A stretch of 64,000 nucleotides of DNA from Candidatus Dojkabacteria bacterium. Lineage in GTDB: Bacteria > Patescibacteriota > Dojkabacteria > SC72. Position numbers and translations under genes: made by a program. Positions 1-8,823 of the stretch are shown here, one piece after another; the stretch's first letter is position 1; each line of letters begins with the position of its first letter. The DNA lies in NCBI GenBank assembly GCA_018056375.1, contig JAGPFQ010000001.1, positions 103,995 to 167,994 of the forward strand, written 5' to 3'. A model generated the notes under the pieces. That model worked only from the letters and a program-made list of their open reading frames with translations, did no database searches and was not told the DNA's origin.

Positions 1-701
1 CCTTGTAAGAAAAGAACCTCTTCAGATTCTGCACCACTTAGATGTGCTAGGTTGCTGAAGATAACGGAGAGTATTCCTGTTATAGTTAATGCAATTATTG
101 TACCTACTATTGCAATTGTTGTCCTCTTGTTAAATCCATGTGAGAGGTAGAAAGTTATTGGAATGATAATCATGGATGTAAGTATTGTAGTTAGAATTGG
201 ATCTTTTCCTTGTTCTATCTGTGGTAGAAGAAAAACAAATATTATGAGGAAAGATAGTGCCATGGATAGTAGTGAGAGGAATCCTTTTTTTCTTCCAACT
301 AATACTGCTAATACTGTGAAGATAGCAAAGAGTATACCTAAGCTTTTAGTTCGGATGTAATCTACAATGTAATATATTTCATTTCCTTCTGCATCTATCA
401 TTTGTGATATTAATATTTCATCCCCTACCCTATACTTATTTGTATGTCCCATGGGTTGTGTACCATTCTCAGAGATTATCTTTTCACCTTTCTTATCTCC
501 TTTTGTTACTGATATTTTTATTTTTTGATAGAGTTGTTTTTCTTTTGTTTCTTTGTGTTCTATTTCTTTTTCTTCAACAATCTCTACTATTTTCCCATTC
601 ATATATTTAATGGAATCTTCTTGTGCAAAGATATTACCTTTTGAGAAAAGGAATATTGTTATTGTTGTTAGTAGTATTGTTAGGAGGTGTTTTAGTTTCA
701 T
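1..701 (-). CDS. YibE/F-like integral membrane protein (partial; C-terminus runs off window start). ATG at 701..699
   Basis: Own translation of the minus strand gives MKLKHLLTILLTTITIFLFS..., a signal-anchor, a ~100-aa soluble segment, then multiple TM helices with an HGFNKRT motif. The ORF is open to the window edge, so it is absent from the ORF track. The plus-strand ORFs at 163-853 are antisense to it. Confidence 0.5.
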   Translation of the reverse strand, partial: MKLKHLLTILLTTITIFLFSKGNIFAQEDSIKYMNGKIVEIVEEKEIEHKETKEKQLYQKIKISVTKGDKKGEKIISENGTQPMGHTNKYRVGDEILISQMIDAEGNEIYYIVDYIRTKSLGILFAIFTVLAVLVGRKKGFLSLLSMALSFLIIFVFLLPQIEQGKDPILTTILTSMIIIPITFYLSHGFNKRTTIAIVGTIIALTITGILSVIFSNLAHLSGAESEEVLFLQ

Positions 702-711
702 TGTTCCATAA

Positions 712-2502
712 CTATTCTTTAAGAAGTTTCCTAGCCTCTTTTAAGTCAATTTTTGCTTTATGTCCGTGTGTCTCTAACATAGATAAAAGATTATTTCCAT
801 TTATTAATGTGATTGGTTTTCCTTGGGCAAACTTGTATGCATCAGGTCCGTAATCAGAAGTTGTTACCATGATACCTTTCATAGCACCTTCATCTTGCAT
901 TATTCCATACAATGCTCTTACAGATTCAACCTTTACAGTATTCGTGTATCTTTTTGCTTGGATAATAATTTTTCCACCCCTAATTGGATCAGGGTCAAAC
1001 GCTACAGCATCCACACCTAAATCTCTGCTTGACTGTGTTACTTTTACTTCCATACCAGATGTGGCAAATTCTTTTGAAAATATCTCCCTTACAAGATGTT
1101 CAAAATCTTCCCAATCCATAGCTGCGACATTAAATGTTGTATCTATATTTTCTATAACATTTTTCCCTTCTCTAAATCTCTTATCTTTCCTGTTTATATT
1201 CATAATCGGAGCTATTGGAGCTAATTGACTTAACTTAGTACTTGCAACTCCTTTTAATCCTTTGAAACATGATTTTGGTTCTATTTGTGATAGGTTTAAT
1301 TCTAAGAAATCTGGTTTTTTAACATATAGAGATAGGATATAGATGGTCTTTTTTATCCCTGTAGCTTTATCAAGAGTATTAACAAAACCATTAAACCCAA
1401 CACTTTGGATATGGTCCAACTCATCATTCTTAAAAATTTCATGTAACGTTCGTATTGTAATCATGTACAAAACATTATCGTATAGTGTCTCTCTCGTACT
1501 TTTAGGTAACTCAATTTTTTCTGTTTTTCCTGTTGTTCTATTGTATTTTTCTCCTTTATATTTAGGGATATCTTCTACATCTGGTAACTCATACTCTACT
1601 AATAGTACTTTATCTTTTTCTTTATATTCTAGTTGTACATCTCGAGGGAATTTAGGAGGATATTCAGAAGCTAATAGAAGGTTCTCATAAAAAATCTCAA
1701 CACCTTCTTTTTTGCCTTTTTCGTATGATTCTTTTTGTTGATTTATCGAATCGTTCCACTCTTGTTGCTTTGCCTCATGTGCTTTTTTCTTCTTTTCCCA
1801 AGTCTTATGTTTCTTAGTGAAGAGATTTTTTGCATCAACCCATTTTTTAGTAAGATCCTGCAAATACTTCTCTCTTGCTTGTGTTCTTTTGGCTTTATAG
1901 TTCTTTGAAATTGATTCTATGAAGTTACTTTTAGGTAAAGCATCTTTTTCAGAAGGTTCTGGGATTTTGAAAGATGGTTCTTCCTCTTCATATGCTTGTG
2001 TTTTTTTGTAGCTTTCCCAGTCAAAACTAACAGTTTTTTTCAATGCACTATTCAGTATATTCTCATGTTCCTGTATGTCTTGCTCTGCACTGATTGATGA
2101 AAATCGTGCTTGTTCTACCTTCTGTAAATGTTTGTACTTGGTCTCCAATTGGTTGATTTGTTGTGCTATTTTAAAATTCAAATAGCTTTCTGTATCAGCT
2201 ATAACTTTTTTAGTTTCGTTTAACTTGTTATGAGTAACATAACAGTGATAGCTTCTTATTCCACCATTTTTATATCTCAACACATCGTATCTCAGAGATA
2301 TATCTGTTTCATCATCTTTTTGGATGGTATCTTCTTCTTTGTGTTCTGTGTTTCCATGTACTTGTTCTAATAGGTTTGTAAGTTCTAGGATTGTTTGACA
2401 ACTGGGGCATTGTAATATTTGATATTTTCGATCGTTGTCATCGATGCTTAAGGTTGTTTTACATGCTGGACATTTTCCACTAATGAGTTTTTCTTTAGAC
2501 AT
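712..2502 (-). CDS. Mrr-type (type IV) restriction endonuclease catalytic-domain protein with N-terminal double-CxxC zinc ribbon and long K/E-rich coiled-coil linker
   Basis: The N-terminus reads CPACK...(17)...CPSCQ. The C-terminal ~120 aa (WEDFEHLVREIF...DLGVDAVAF...IIIQAKRYTNTVKVESVRALYG...GIMVTTSDYGPDAYKFA) matches the Mrr_cat (PF04471) pattern FE.LV...D.GvD...QcKRy...V....vrel.G....gi.vTts.f...A. Confidence 0.6.
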   Translation of the reverse strand: MSKEKLISGKCPACKTTLSIDDNDRKYQILQCPSCQTILELTNLLEQVHGNTEHKEEDTIQKDDETDISLRYDVLRYKNGGIRSYHCYVTHNKLNETKKVIADTESYLNFKIAQQINQLETKYKHLQKVEQARFSSISAEQDIQEHENILNSALKKTVSFDWESYKKTQAYEEEEPSFKIPEPSEKDALPKSNFIESISKNYKAKRTQAREKYLQDLTKKWVDAKNLFTKKHKTWEKKKKAHEAKQQEWNDSINQQKESYEKGKKEGVEIFYENLLLASEYPPKFPRDVQLEYKEKDKVLLVEYELPDVEDIPKYKGEKYNRTTGKTEKIELPKSTRETLYDNVLYMITIRTLHEIFKNDELDHIQSVGFNGFVNTLDKATGIKKTIYILSLYVKKPDFLELNLSQIEPKSCFKGLKGVASTKLSQLAPIAPIMNINRKDKRFREGKNVIENIDTTFNVAAMDWEDFEHLVREIFSKEFATSGMEVKVTQSSRDLGVDAVAFDPDPIRGGKIIIQAKRYTNTVKVESVRALYGIMQDEGAMKGIMVTTSDYGPDAYKFAQGKPITLINGNNLLSMLETHGHKAKIDLKEARKLLKE

Positions 2503-2564
2503 ATTTCATTATATATACAAAACAAACCTGTTACAACTTTTTATATGATATATAATCAATCATT

Positions 2565-3722
2565 ATGAAAACTATTAATAACACTGAATTAAAAGAAGAT
2601 GTTGAATTTCTAGAAAAGAAACTTCTTGAAATACATCCAAACCCTTTTAAATATCTTAAAAAAGAGGATTTTTTTGCATATACAAGAGAACTAAAAAATA
2701 CTAAAAAGACAATGAGTATTTATGAATTTGGAATGAAACTCATGATACTTCTAGCACGTATACGAGATGGACATATAGAGATGGGGTATTCAGATGATGT
2801 TCAAGGACCTTTAAGTTGTCCTGTTAGATTTGAATATATAACAGATGGATATTATGTTGTAGGTGCTAGTAAGGAGTACAAAGAGTTACTAGGTGCCAAA
2901 CTATTATTCATTAACGATTACTCAATGGGTGAAGTAGAGAAGATGTTATTACCTATCATTACTATTGAAAATGAGGTTTCTCTCAGATACTATCTTGCTA
3001 AAAAACTAGAAGAACCAAGAGTTCTTAATTATTTTGGTGTTACTAATGGTGATCATTATATTCTCGAATTAGAAAAGGATTCAAAAGTAACTACTGTAGA
3101 GATGACTGCTATTCATCATAATGACGTTAATCTTATTCATATAAATGAAACCATTAAAGAGCTAGATTGGACATTGCTTAAGAAGGATACATATTGGATT
3201 AAGGATTTACCTGATTTAGATGCTGTCTATTTTCAATATAATGAATGTGAGGAGATAGAAGGCTACAAGATGAGTGAGGTTGTAGGAGGGATAAAGAGAT
3301 ATAACAGAAAGAGATTAATTATAGATTTGAGAGATAATATAGGAGGAAATTCTGATGTTTTGAACCCTCTTATAAGGTATATTAAGAAAAATAAGGGAAT
3401 TAGTGTCTATGTCTTAGTCGGAGTTAAAACATATTCTTCAGCTATTTACAATTTAGTCCAACTTTCAAGATTAGATAATGTTGTGACTTTAGGAGAAATT
3501 CCTCATGGGAATCCAACTCATTATGGAGAACCTGATGGTTTTAGATTACCTAATTCTAGGATAGAAGTATTTTCTTCTACCAGGACTTTTACATTTAAGG
3601 GTTATAGATTAGGAGAATCTTTTAAGCCTAACTACCTAGTATCCCCAGTTGCTCATGAACTATTGAAAGGTAAAGATAGTCAGTTTAAGTACCTAACTGA
3701 CTATCTTTTACAAACGAACTAG
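2565..3722 (+). CDS. S41-family (C-terminal processing/tricorn-core-like) serine peptidase homolog, no signal peptide
   Basis: Contains an RLIIDLRDNIGGN motif typical of S41 peptidases and a downstream TYSSAIYN serine region. The N-terminus is hydrophilic. Confidence 0.45.
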   Translation: MKTINNTELKEDVEFLEKKLLEIHPNPFKYLKKEDFFAYTRELKNTKKTMSIYEFGMKLMILLARIRDGHIEMGYSDDVQGPLSCPVRFEYITDGYYVVGASKEYKELLGAKLLFINDYSMGEVEKMLLPIITIENEVSLRYYLAKKLEEPRVLNYFGVTNGDHYILELEKDSKVTTVEMTAIHHNDVNLIHINETIKELDWTLLKKDTYWIKDLPDLDAVYFQYNECEEIEGYKMSEVVGGIKRYNRKRLIIDLRDNIGGNSDVLNPLIRYIKKNKGISVYVLVGVKTYSSAIYNLVQLSRLDNVVTLGEIPHGNPTHYGEPDGFRLPNSRIEVFSSTRTFTFKGYRLGESFKPNYLVSPVAHELLKGKDSQFKYLTDYLLQTN

Positions 3723-3747
3723 AAAACGAAAATGTACTTATTTCTAG

Positions 3748-4083
3748 CTATTTAATTACTATTGATTCTCCACATAAACTCCAAGCTTGGATATAGTCTC
3801 CTCCAAGTTTCTTTTCGAAAAGAGGTTTAAGAAAATCGTATAGAAAGCCTCCCTGTGCACTTTTCTTTAGGTTCTTTCTGTCATATCTAAAATCTAGTGT
3901 CACAAAATCAGTACCGTCAGGTCTGATACTTGCATAGATTAAACCTTTGTCCTCCTTCTCCCATTCTTTTACAGCAGAATAAAGCTGTATTGGAGATACA
4001 TACAAATTAGAGAACTTGAGGGAACCTGTAAACATTCCATTTTTTAAAGAGGTTTGGAATTCCTCTTGTATGGTTTTATCCAT
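3748..4083 (-). CDS. hypothetical protein (111 aa)
   Basis: Intact ORF in a same-strand run of genes; no recognisable motif. Confidence 0.35.
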   Translation of the reverse strand: MDKTIQEEFQTSLKNGMFTGSLKFSNLYVSPIQLYSAVKEWEKEDKGLIYASIRPDGTDFVTLDFRYDRKNLKKSAQGGFLYDFLKPLFEKKLGGDYIQAWSLCGESIVIK

Positions 4084-4190
4084 ATTATTAAAGTAATTAA
4101 AGTAAAATAAAGTATTAGTAATATATAAAGTATTACTGTAACTACATTATACCATTTTACACTACAGGTTTGCAAGTCCAATTCTATTAC

Positions 4191-4640
4191 TTAATGAACT
4201 TCAATATCAGACAAAGAAAGATACTTTGCTACAATATCAGCTCGTTCTTTGTTTCTACTTACTACAGCTACACTTACAATTGAATCATCTGCTTCATAAT
4301 CCCAAAACTCTACTTCACCTTCTACATCTAGTAATGAACCAAACTCTACTCTTGAAACTAGTTGATAGTCATGAGCCACTTGTTTAAACTCTTTACCTGC
4401 GAACCGTACTGTTTTCTTAAAACTATCAAATTCAGGTATTCTACCTTCATTATGTCCAAGGTAAATTATATTATCAGAAGGGATGAGGACTAGGACATTA
4501 TGTTCTTCTAACAGAACTTTTGCATATGTTATTTCAGGTTCACTTTGAGTTGCATACAAAGCCTTACCTAAAACTTTGTATGGTTTATCCTTAATAACTA
4601 GAGAACTTCCTTCTGTGATTTTTTCTATGATGGTGTTCAT
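4191..4640 (-). CDS. hypothetical protein (149 aa)
   Basis: Intact ORF, 18 nt downstream of the NADAR gene on the same strand; no recognisable motif. Confidence 0.35.
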   Translation of the reverse strand: MNTIIEKITEGSSLVIKDKPYKVLGKALYATQSEPEITYAKVLLEEHNVLVLIPSDNIIYLGHNEGRIPEFDSFKKTVRFAGKEFKQVAHDYQLVSRVEFGSLLDVEGEVEFWDYEADDSIVSVAVVSRNKERADIVAKYLSLSDIEVH

Positions 4641-4658
4641 ATATTTGTTATTCTTTTA

Positions 4659-5141
4659 TTAAATTATTGTTTTTTTTACATTTCTATGTTCTTCCCTTAT
4701 CTCCATCCATAACTTACCTAGATGGTTCTCTCCATCTCTATTTTCTCCCCAACCCCAATAAGGATCTCTCCAAGAGTCTTCGACAATTTCTCTATCACCT
4801 GATTGTAATAATTTCTTTTGCACATATTCATGTTGTTCTAATTTACAAAGAAGAATCTCTTTCATAACATCTAGTTTAATATCATCCCAATCTTCCTGTC
4901 TTTTATCTTTATTTGCCTCTGCCATTTTAAATGCTTCATGAGCAGATTTTGCATTTCTAATTTTTTCAGCTAACTCAGGATCCGAATTTATGAATTTCAT
5001 TGATTGATATGCATGCTCGGATGTTGGATATTTTTTCCCTTTGTATTCTACTTGAAAGGATGAGAAATTATCAAAGACATAATATTCAGGAGGATAGAAA
5101 TATATCTGTCCTTCTACTGATGGTTCTTGTGGATGAGACAT
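4659..5141 (-). CDS. NADAR / YbiA-like (DUF1768) N-glycosidase or ADP-ribose-processing domain protein
   Basis: IYFYPPEYYVFDNFSSF...YPTSEHAYQSMKF...WDDIK...DSWRDPYWGWGENRDGENHLGKLWMEIR matches the NADAR consensus (FSNFyp...sEhyfqa.KF...WD.....D..WG.G..G.N.LG..LM.vR). Confidence 0.7.
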   Translation of the reverse strand: MSHPQEPSVEGQIYFYPPEYYVFDNFSSFQVEYKGKKYPTSEHAYQSMKFINSDPELAEKIRNAKSAHEAFKMAEANKDKRQEDWDDIKLDVMKEILLCKLEQHEYVQKKLLQSGDREIVEDSWRDPYWGWGENRDGENHLGKLWMEIREEHRNVKKTII

Positions 5142-5168
5142 ATGGTTAAGATATAAATTTAAATAATT

Positions 5169-5741
5169 TTATATATATACACCTAATTTAGCCAAATCCT
5201 TCTTAAGAAGTTCATTGTTTTCAAAATATATTGTATGTATACCTAATTTACTGGCACCATCTAAATTTCTCTTTGAATCATCTATCATAATTGCTTCAGT
5301 AGGTTTAACGTTTATTCTCTTAAGAGCAATTTCATAGATACCTTTGTCTGGTTTAAGTTGTCCAACCTCAGAAGAAATTATTATCTCATCAAAAAGATTT
5401 TCTAAATTAGCATCAAAGAGGTTTTCTTGATATCTCCGAAAAATCATTCCAGATGTATTTGAAATAATCCCAATCTTACATCCTTGATCTTTAATTACTT
5501 TAATCCAATCAATTAATTGATTATTAGGTAAAACTCCTCCCCAACTCTTATTAATATGTCTCCAAAAATCTTCTTCCTTCCAATTTAATTTCTTAAGAAT
5601 TGTTTGAATATCTTTCTTCTCATCTAGTGATTTTCCAAGCTGTTTATATATGTGAATTTCTTGTTCTGTTGGAGAGTATTCAGATCTATCTAAGGTTAAT
5701 ACTCCATGAAAATCAAAGAAGATTGTTTTTATGTTATTCAT
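5169..5741 (-). CDS. HAD-superfamily hydrolase (subfamily IA-like phosphatase)
   Basis: Motif I is FFDFHGVLT (DxH variant), motif II IISNTSG, a lysine in QLKPDKGIY, and motif IV MIDDSKRNLDGA. Confidence 0.6.
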   Translation of the reverse strand: MNNIKTIFFDFHGVLTLDRSEYSPTEQEIHIYKQLGKSLDEKKDIQTILKKLNWKEEDFWRHINKSWGGVLPNNQLIDWIKVIKDQGCKIGIISNTSGMIFRRYQENLFDANLENLFDEIIISSEVGQLKPDKGIYEIALKRINVKPTEAIMIDDSKRNLDGASKLGIHTIYFENNELLKKDLAKLGVYI

Positions 5742-5800
5742 AGATAAATAATAGCAAATTAATAAGAAAAATGGTGATGTATATTTTCATTTAGGAAGTA

Positions 5801-6535
5801 CTAAACAGTTTCTTCTTCTATTAACAATGTAGGGTCTTGATTAGTATATCCTCCATCAATAGTTATAACTTGTCCATTAATATATTCAGCTTCAGGTTTA
5901 AGTAGAAATGATATTAGATTAGAAATATCTTTTGGATCGGCAATTCTGCTTAGTGGATTTAGATCTTCTACTTGTTGGATAAAATCATCACCAATATCAT
6001 CATTCATTCTTGTATTAACCCAACCTGGAGCAATTGCATTAACAGAAATCTTTTTATCTTTAAATAATAAGCTAAGAGATTTTGCAAGAGAATTAATACC
6101 TGCCTTACTCGCAGCATAGCTTGCAGTTATTGATCCTCCATACATAGCATCTGTTGAACTAATCATAATGAATCTACCCTTTTCTACAATCGTGTCTTTA
6201 AAGTGTCTAGCTAAAATATAGTTAGATGTTAGGTTTACTGCTATTGTTTTATTCCAAACCTCAATGTCTTCTTCTATACTTTGGTCTTCATATTCGACTA
6301 TTCCTGCACAGTTAACAATACCGTAAAGGTGAATATCCATGGATTTAACTTCATCTACAAAGTTTTGTATTGATTCTTTAGAGAGGAAATCTAGATGTAT
6401 ACTCTGCATGTCTGGATTCTCTATGGGGGAATTAGAGTAAGTCCCTATTACAGAATATCCTTGACTTACTAAATCTTTTACAACTTGAGAACCAATACCA
6501 CCAGAAGCACCAATGACTAATATTGTTTTGTTCAT
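5801..6535 (-). CDS. short-chain dehydrogenase/reductase (SDR) family oxidoreductase
   Basis: NAD(P)-binding VIGASGGIGS motif near the N-terminus and a YAASKAG catalytic YxxxK; 244 aa. Confidence 0.75.
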   Translation of the reverse strand: MNKTILVIGASGGIGSQVVKDLVSQGYSVIGTYSNSPIENPDMQSIHLDFLSKESIQNFVDEVKSMDIHLYGIVNCAGIVEYEDQSIEEDIEVWNKTIAVNLTSNYILARHFKDTIVEKGRFIMISSTDAMYGGSITASYAASKAGINSLAKSLSLLFKDKKISVNAIAPGWVNTRMNDDIGDDFIQQVEDLNPLSRIADPKDISNLISFLLKPEAEYINGQVITIDGGYTNQDPTLLIEEETV

Positions 6536-6568
6536 ATATGATGGGGATTAAAGCTTAAGTAAAGATAA

Positions 6569-6645
6569 TGGTGGGCGATACAGGAATTGAACCTGTGACC
6601 TTCACAATGTCAATGTGACGCTCTAGCCAGCTGAGCTAATCGCCC
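6569..6645 (-). tRNA. tRNA-Val (anticodon GAC), CCA encoded
   Basis: Reverse complement reads GGGCGATTAGCTCAGCTGGCTAGAGCGTCACATTGACATTGTGAAGGTCACAGGTTCAATTCCTGTATCGCCCACCA. This folds as a cloverleaf with anticodon loop TTGACAT and T-loop GGTTCAATTCC. Confidence 0.85.
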
Positions 6646-6695
6646 ACAGTAGTAGTAATTCTATATCTTTTTAAATCTTTTTACAATCCAGTGTT

Positions 6696-7157
6696 CTATC
6701 TATCTTCATCATCTGCTTTACTCCATATCTCTTGTAAGAACTCTGGACTATCATCTAATGGTTCTAGTCTTAAAGTTACACCTTTGATACCTGTCTGTAC
6801 AGCATACATAGTTAATGCAAAATCCCCAACCTCTACAAAATGTGTTTGTACATTTTCTTCTGTATAATCCTCAGGTGTTACTGAGAGATAGTTGCATATT
6901 TGTTGTTTCTGTTTTGGATCTCTTACCGTTATACAATGGTAACTTATTAAATTAGCAATTCGACCTTCAAAAATAATATCTTGCATATGGTGTTTTACAT
7001 CTGTATTCGTGATGTTCTTTAGATTTAGAGTCTCTTCATCTTCAGTATCAGCATATTTACTAAACTCTTCCATAATCTCTCCTAGAGTATCTAAATCATG
7101 CTGTATTGGGTAGTTCTCAGACCAATCTTCTGTTTTTGCTATCTTTATTTCTGTCAT
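6696..7157 (-). CDS. hypothetical acidic protein (153 aa) translationally coupled to clpP
   Basis: Its start overlaps the clpP stop as TAATG (shared nt 7157). The protein is very D/E-rich with no motif I recognise. Confidence 0.4.
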   Translation of the reverse strand: MTEIKIAKTEDWSENYPIQHDLDTLGEIMEEFSKYADTEDEETLNLKNITNTDVKHHMQDIIFEGRIANLISYHCITVRDPKQKQQICNYLSVTPEDYTEENVQTHFVEVGDFALTMYAVQTGIKGVTLRLEPLDDSPEFLQEIWSKADDEDR

Positions 7158-7738
7158 TATCTTTTCTTAATAATTTTATCTACCAAACCATAGGCCTTAG
7201 CCTCTTTGGCAGTAAAATATTTATCTCTATCAGCATCTTTGGTAATCTGAGCAACACTCTGCCCTGTCTTCTCTGAAAGCATCTTGTAAAGCTGTTCTCT
7301 AATTCTCATAATTTCTTCTGCTTCAATCGCAATATCACTAGCCTGTCCTTTTGTTCCTCCAAGAGGTTGGTGAATATGGATTTTACTGTTAGGTAATGCA
7401 AATCTCTTTCCTTCTGCACCATTAATGAGAATCATTGTTCCCATTGAAGCTGCTAAACCCACAGCTGTTGTAGAAACATCAGGTTTAATGTAATTCATAG
7501 TATCAATGATTGCCATGCCTGCTGTAATATAGCCACCAGGAGAGTTGATAAACATCTGGATGTCAGCATTAGGGTCTTCTTTCTCTAAGAAGAGTAATTG
7601 AGCAACAATGGTATTAGCCATATTTGTTTCTATTTCATCGCTAACAAAGACAATTCTATCTTTCAAAAGTCTAGAGTATATATCGTATGCTCTCTCACTA
7701 CCTCTCTCTTTTTCAATAACTGTTGGTATTAAAGACAT
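7157..7738 (-). CDS. clpP: ATP-dependent Clp protease proteolytic subunit
   Basis: [15 protein letters not shown]...INSPGG...AASMGT...HQPLGG; classic ClpP length and motifs. Confidence 0.9.
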   Translation of the reverse strand: MSLIPTVIEKERGSERAYDIYSRLLKDRIVFVSDEIETNMANTIVAQLLFLEKEDPNADIQMFINSPGGYITAGMAIIDTMNYIKPDVSTTAVGLAASMGTMILINGAEGKRFALPNSKIHIHQPLGGTKGQASDIAIEAEEIMRIREQLYKMLSEKTGQSVAQITKDADRDKYFTAKEAKAYGLVDKIIKKR

Positions 7739-7756
7739 ATTTTAAAATAATCAAAA

Positions 7757-8788
7757 TTATTTTTTCTTACCAAAAACCTCTTCAATAAATTGCTCGTATG
7801 CTCTCTCCTTCTCCCCTATTCTCCTGATATATTCCTTCCACTGCTCATTCTCAAAAATGCTTTGATCTGTATCTTTTGGAGCATTCTTTTTTATCTCTTC
7901 TATCTTCTTCTCAAGTTCTTTGTCATCTATTTTTATCTCATGTTCTTTAGCGTATGTTTTCAAGAACACATCACTCTTCAGTGCATTCTCTGCATCAATC
8001 AACCACATCTCTCTCATCTTCTCCATTGTTACATTGGTTGCCTCCAAAAACTGTTCAATTCTCTTCTCATCATGTCCCATGTCATGCACGAAAGAATGTT
8101 CCCTCTCTTGGGCTTCGTATTTAATAGCTTCTTGTGGGATTTCAATCTTACTAAGTTCAATTGCTTGAGTAAAAACTTTGTCTTCGGCATTCCTTCTAGC
8201 TACAATCTCTTTCTGTTTCCCGATTGTTTCTTTAACATATTTCTTTAAACTTTCAAGAGAATCAATCTTTGGAAGTGCTAATTTCTTTGCAATCTTCTTT
8301 GCCCAAGTGTCATTCATACTCTTAGAACCCTCTGGATGATTCTTAAATACATTCTCAATTGCTTCGTCAACTTCTTTCTCTGTGACAGAGAACTTCTCTA
8401 TATCTACCTTAATCTTTTTCATATTACCTAATTTAAACTCAGGCATAATCGTAACTTCTACAGTAAAGGTAATCTCTTTATCTTGCAAAACATTAGGGAA
8501 GTTTTTGTAAACAGGTTGTGCAACAGGAGAAATATTCTCTTTCTGCAATACTGTTGCTAGATAGTATGGAGCTAACTTCTCAAATGTAACAACCTTCAAT
8601 GAATCTTTTTTCTGTGGTTCTAATAGATCTGCCGGTACTTTGCCTGTTCTAAAACCTTTTAAATCTGTTTTACCTAATTCGTCTTTTAGGACAGCTTTGT
8701 AACTCTGTTCAAAAGATTTTTTAGGTATTGTAATCTCAAGTTCTATTTTCTCCTTCGAGATATCTGTTCTTTTGTAGAAATCTTCCAT
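7757..8788 (-). CDS. tig: trigger factor (short form, 343 aa, apparently lacking a PPIase-sized middle domain)
   Basis: N-terminal ribosome-binding signature LKGFRTGKVP, located immediately upstream of clpP (conserved tig-clpP order). Confidence 0.7.
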   Translation of the reverse strand: MEDFYKRTDISKEKIELEITIPKKSFEQSYKAVLKDELGKTDLKGFRTGKVPADLLEPQKKDSLKVVTFEKLAPYYLATVLQKENISPVAQPVYKNFPNVLQDKEITFTVEVTIMPEFKLGNMKKIKVDIEKFSVTEKEVDEAIENVFKNHPEGSKSMNDTWAKKIAKKLALPKIDSLESLKKYVKETIGKQKEIVARRNAEDKVFTQAIELSKIEIPQEAIKYEAQEREHSFVHDMGHDEKRIEQFLEATNVTMEKMREMWLIDAENALKSDVFLKTYAKEHEIKIDDKELEKKIEEIKKNAPKDTDQSIFENEQWKEYIRRIGEKERAYEQFIEEVFGKKK

Positions 8789-8823
8789 TTAATTAAACTG
8801 AAATGTTATTTAATGTTGGTATT

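Noticed and set aside
163-853. Plus-strand ORFs 163..360, 404..610 and 623..853 from the track.
   Set aside because: They are antisense to a long open minus-strand frame (YibE/F-like membrane protein, ATG at 701) that has convincing TM architecture. They have low-complexity, hydrophobic-by-AT-bias sequence and no motifs, so they are spurious.
3723-3747. Inverted repeat ctagaaa...tttctag between convergent genes as a bidirectional terminator.
   Set aside because: A 7-bp AT-rich stem with a 14-nt loop and no clear U-tract on either strand is too weak to call.
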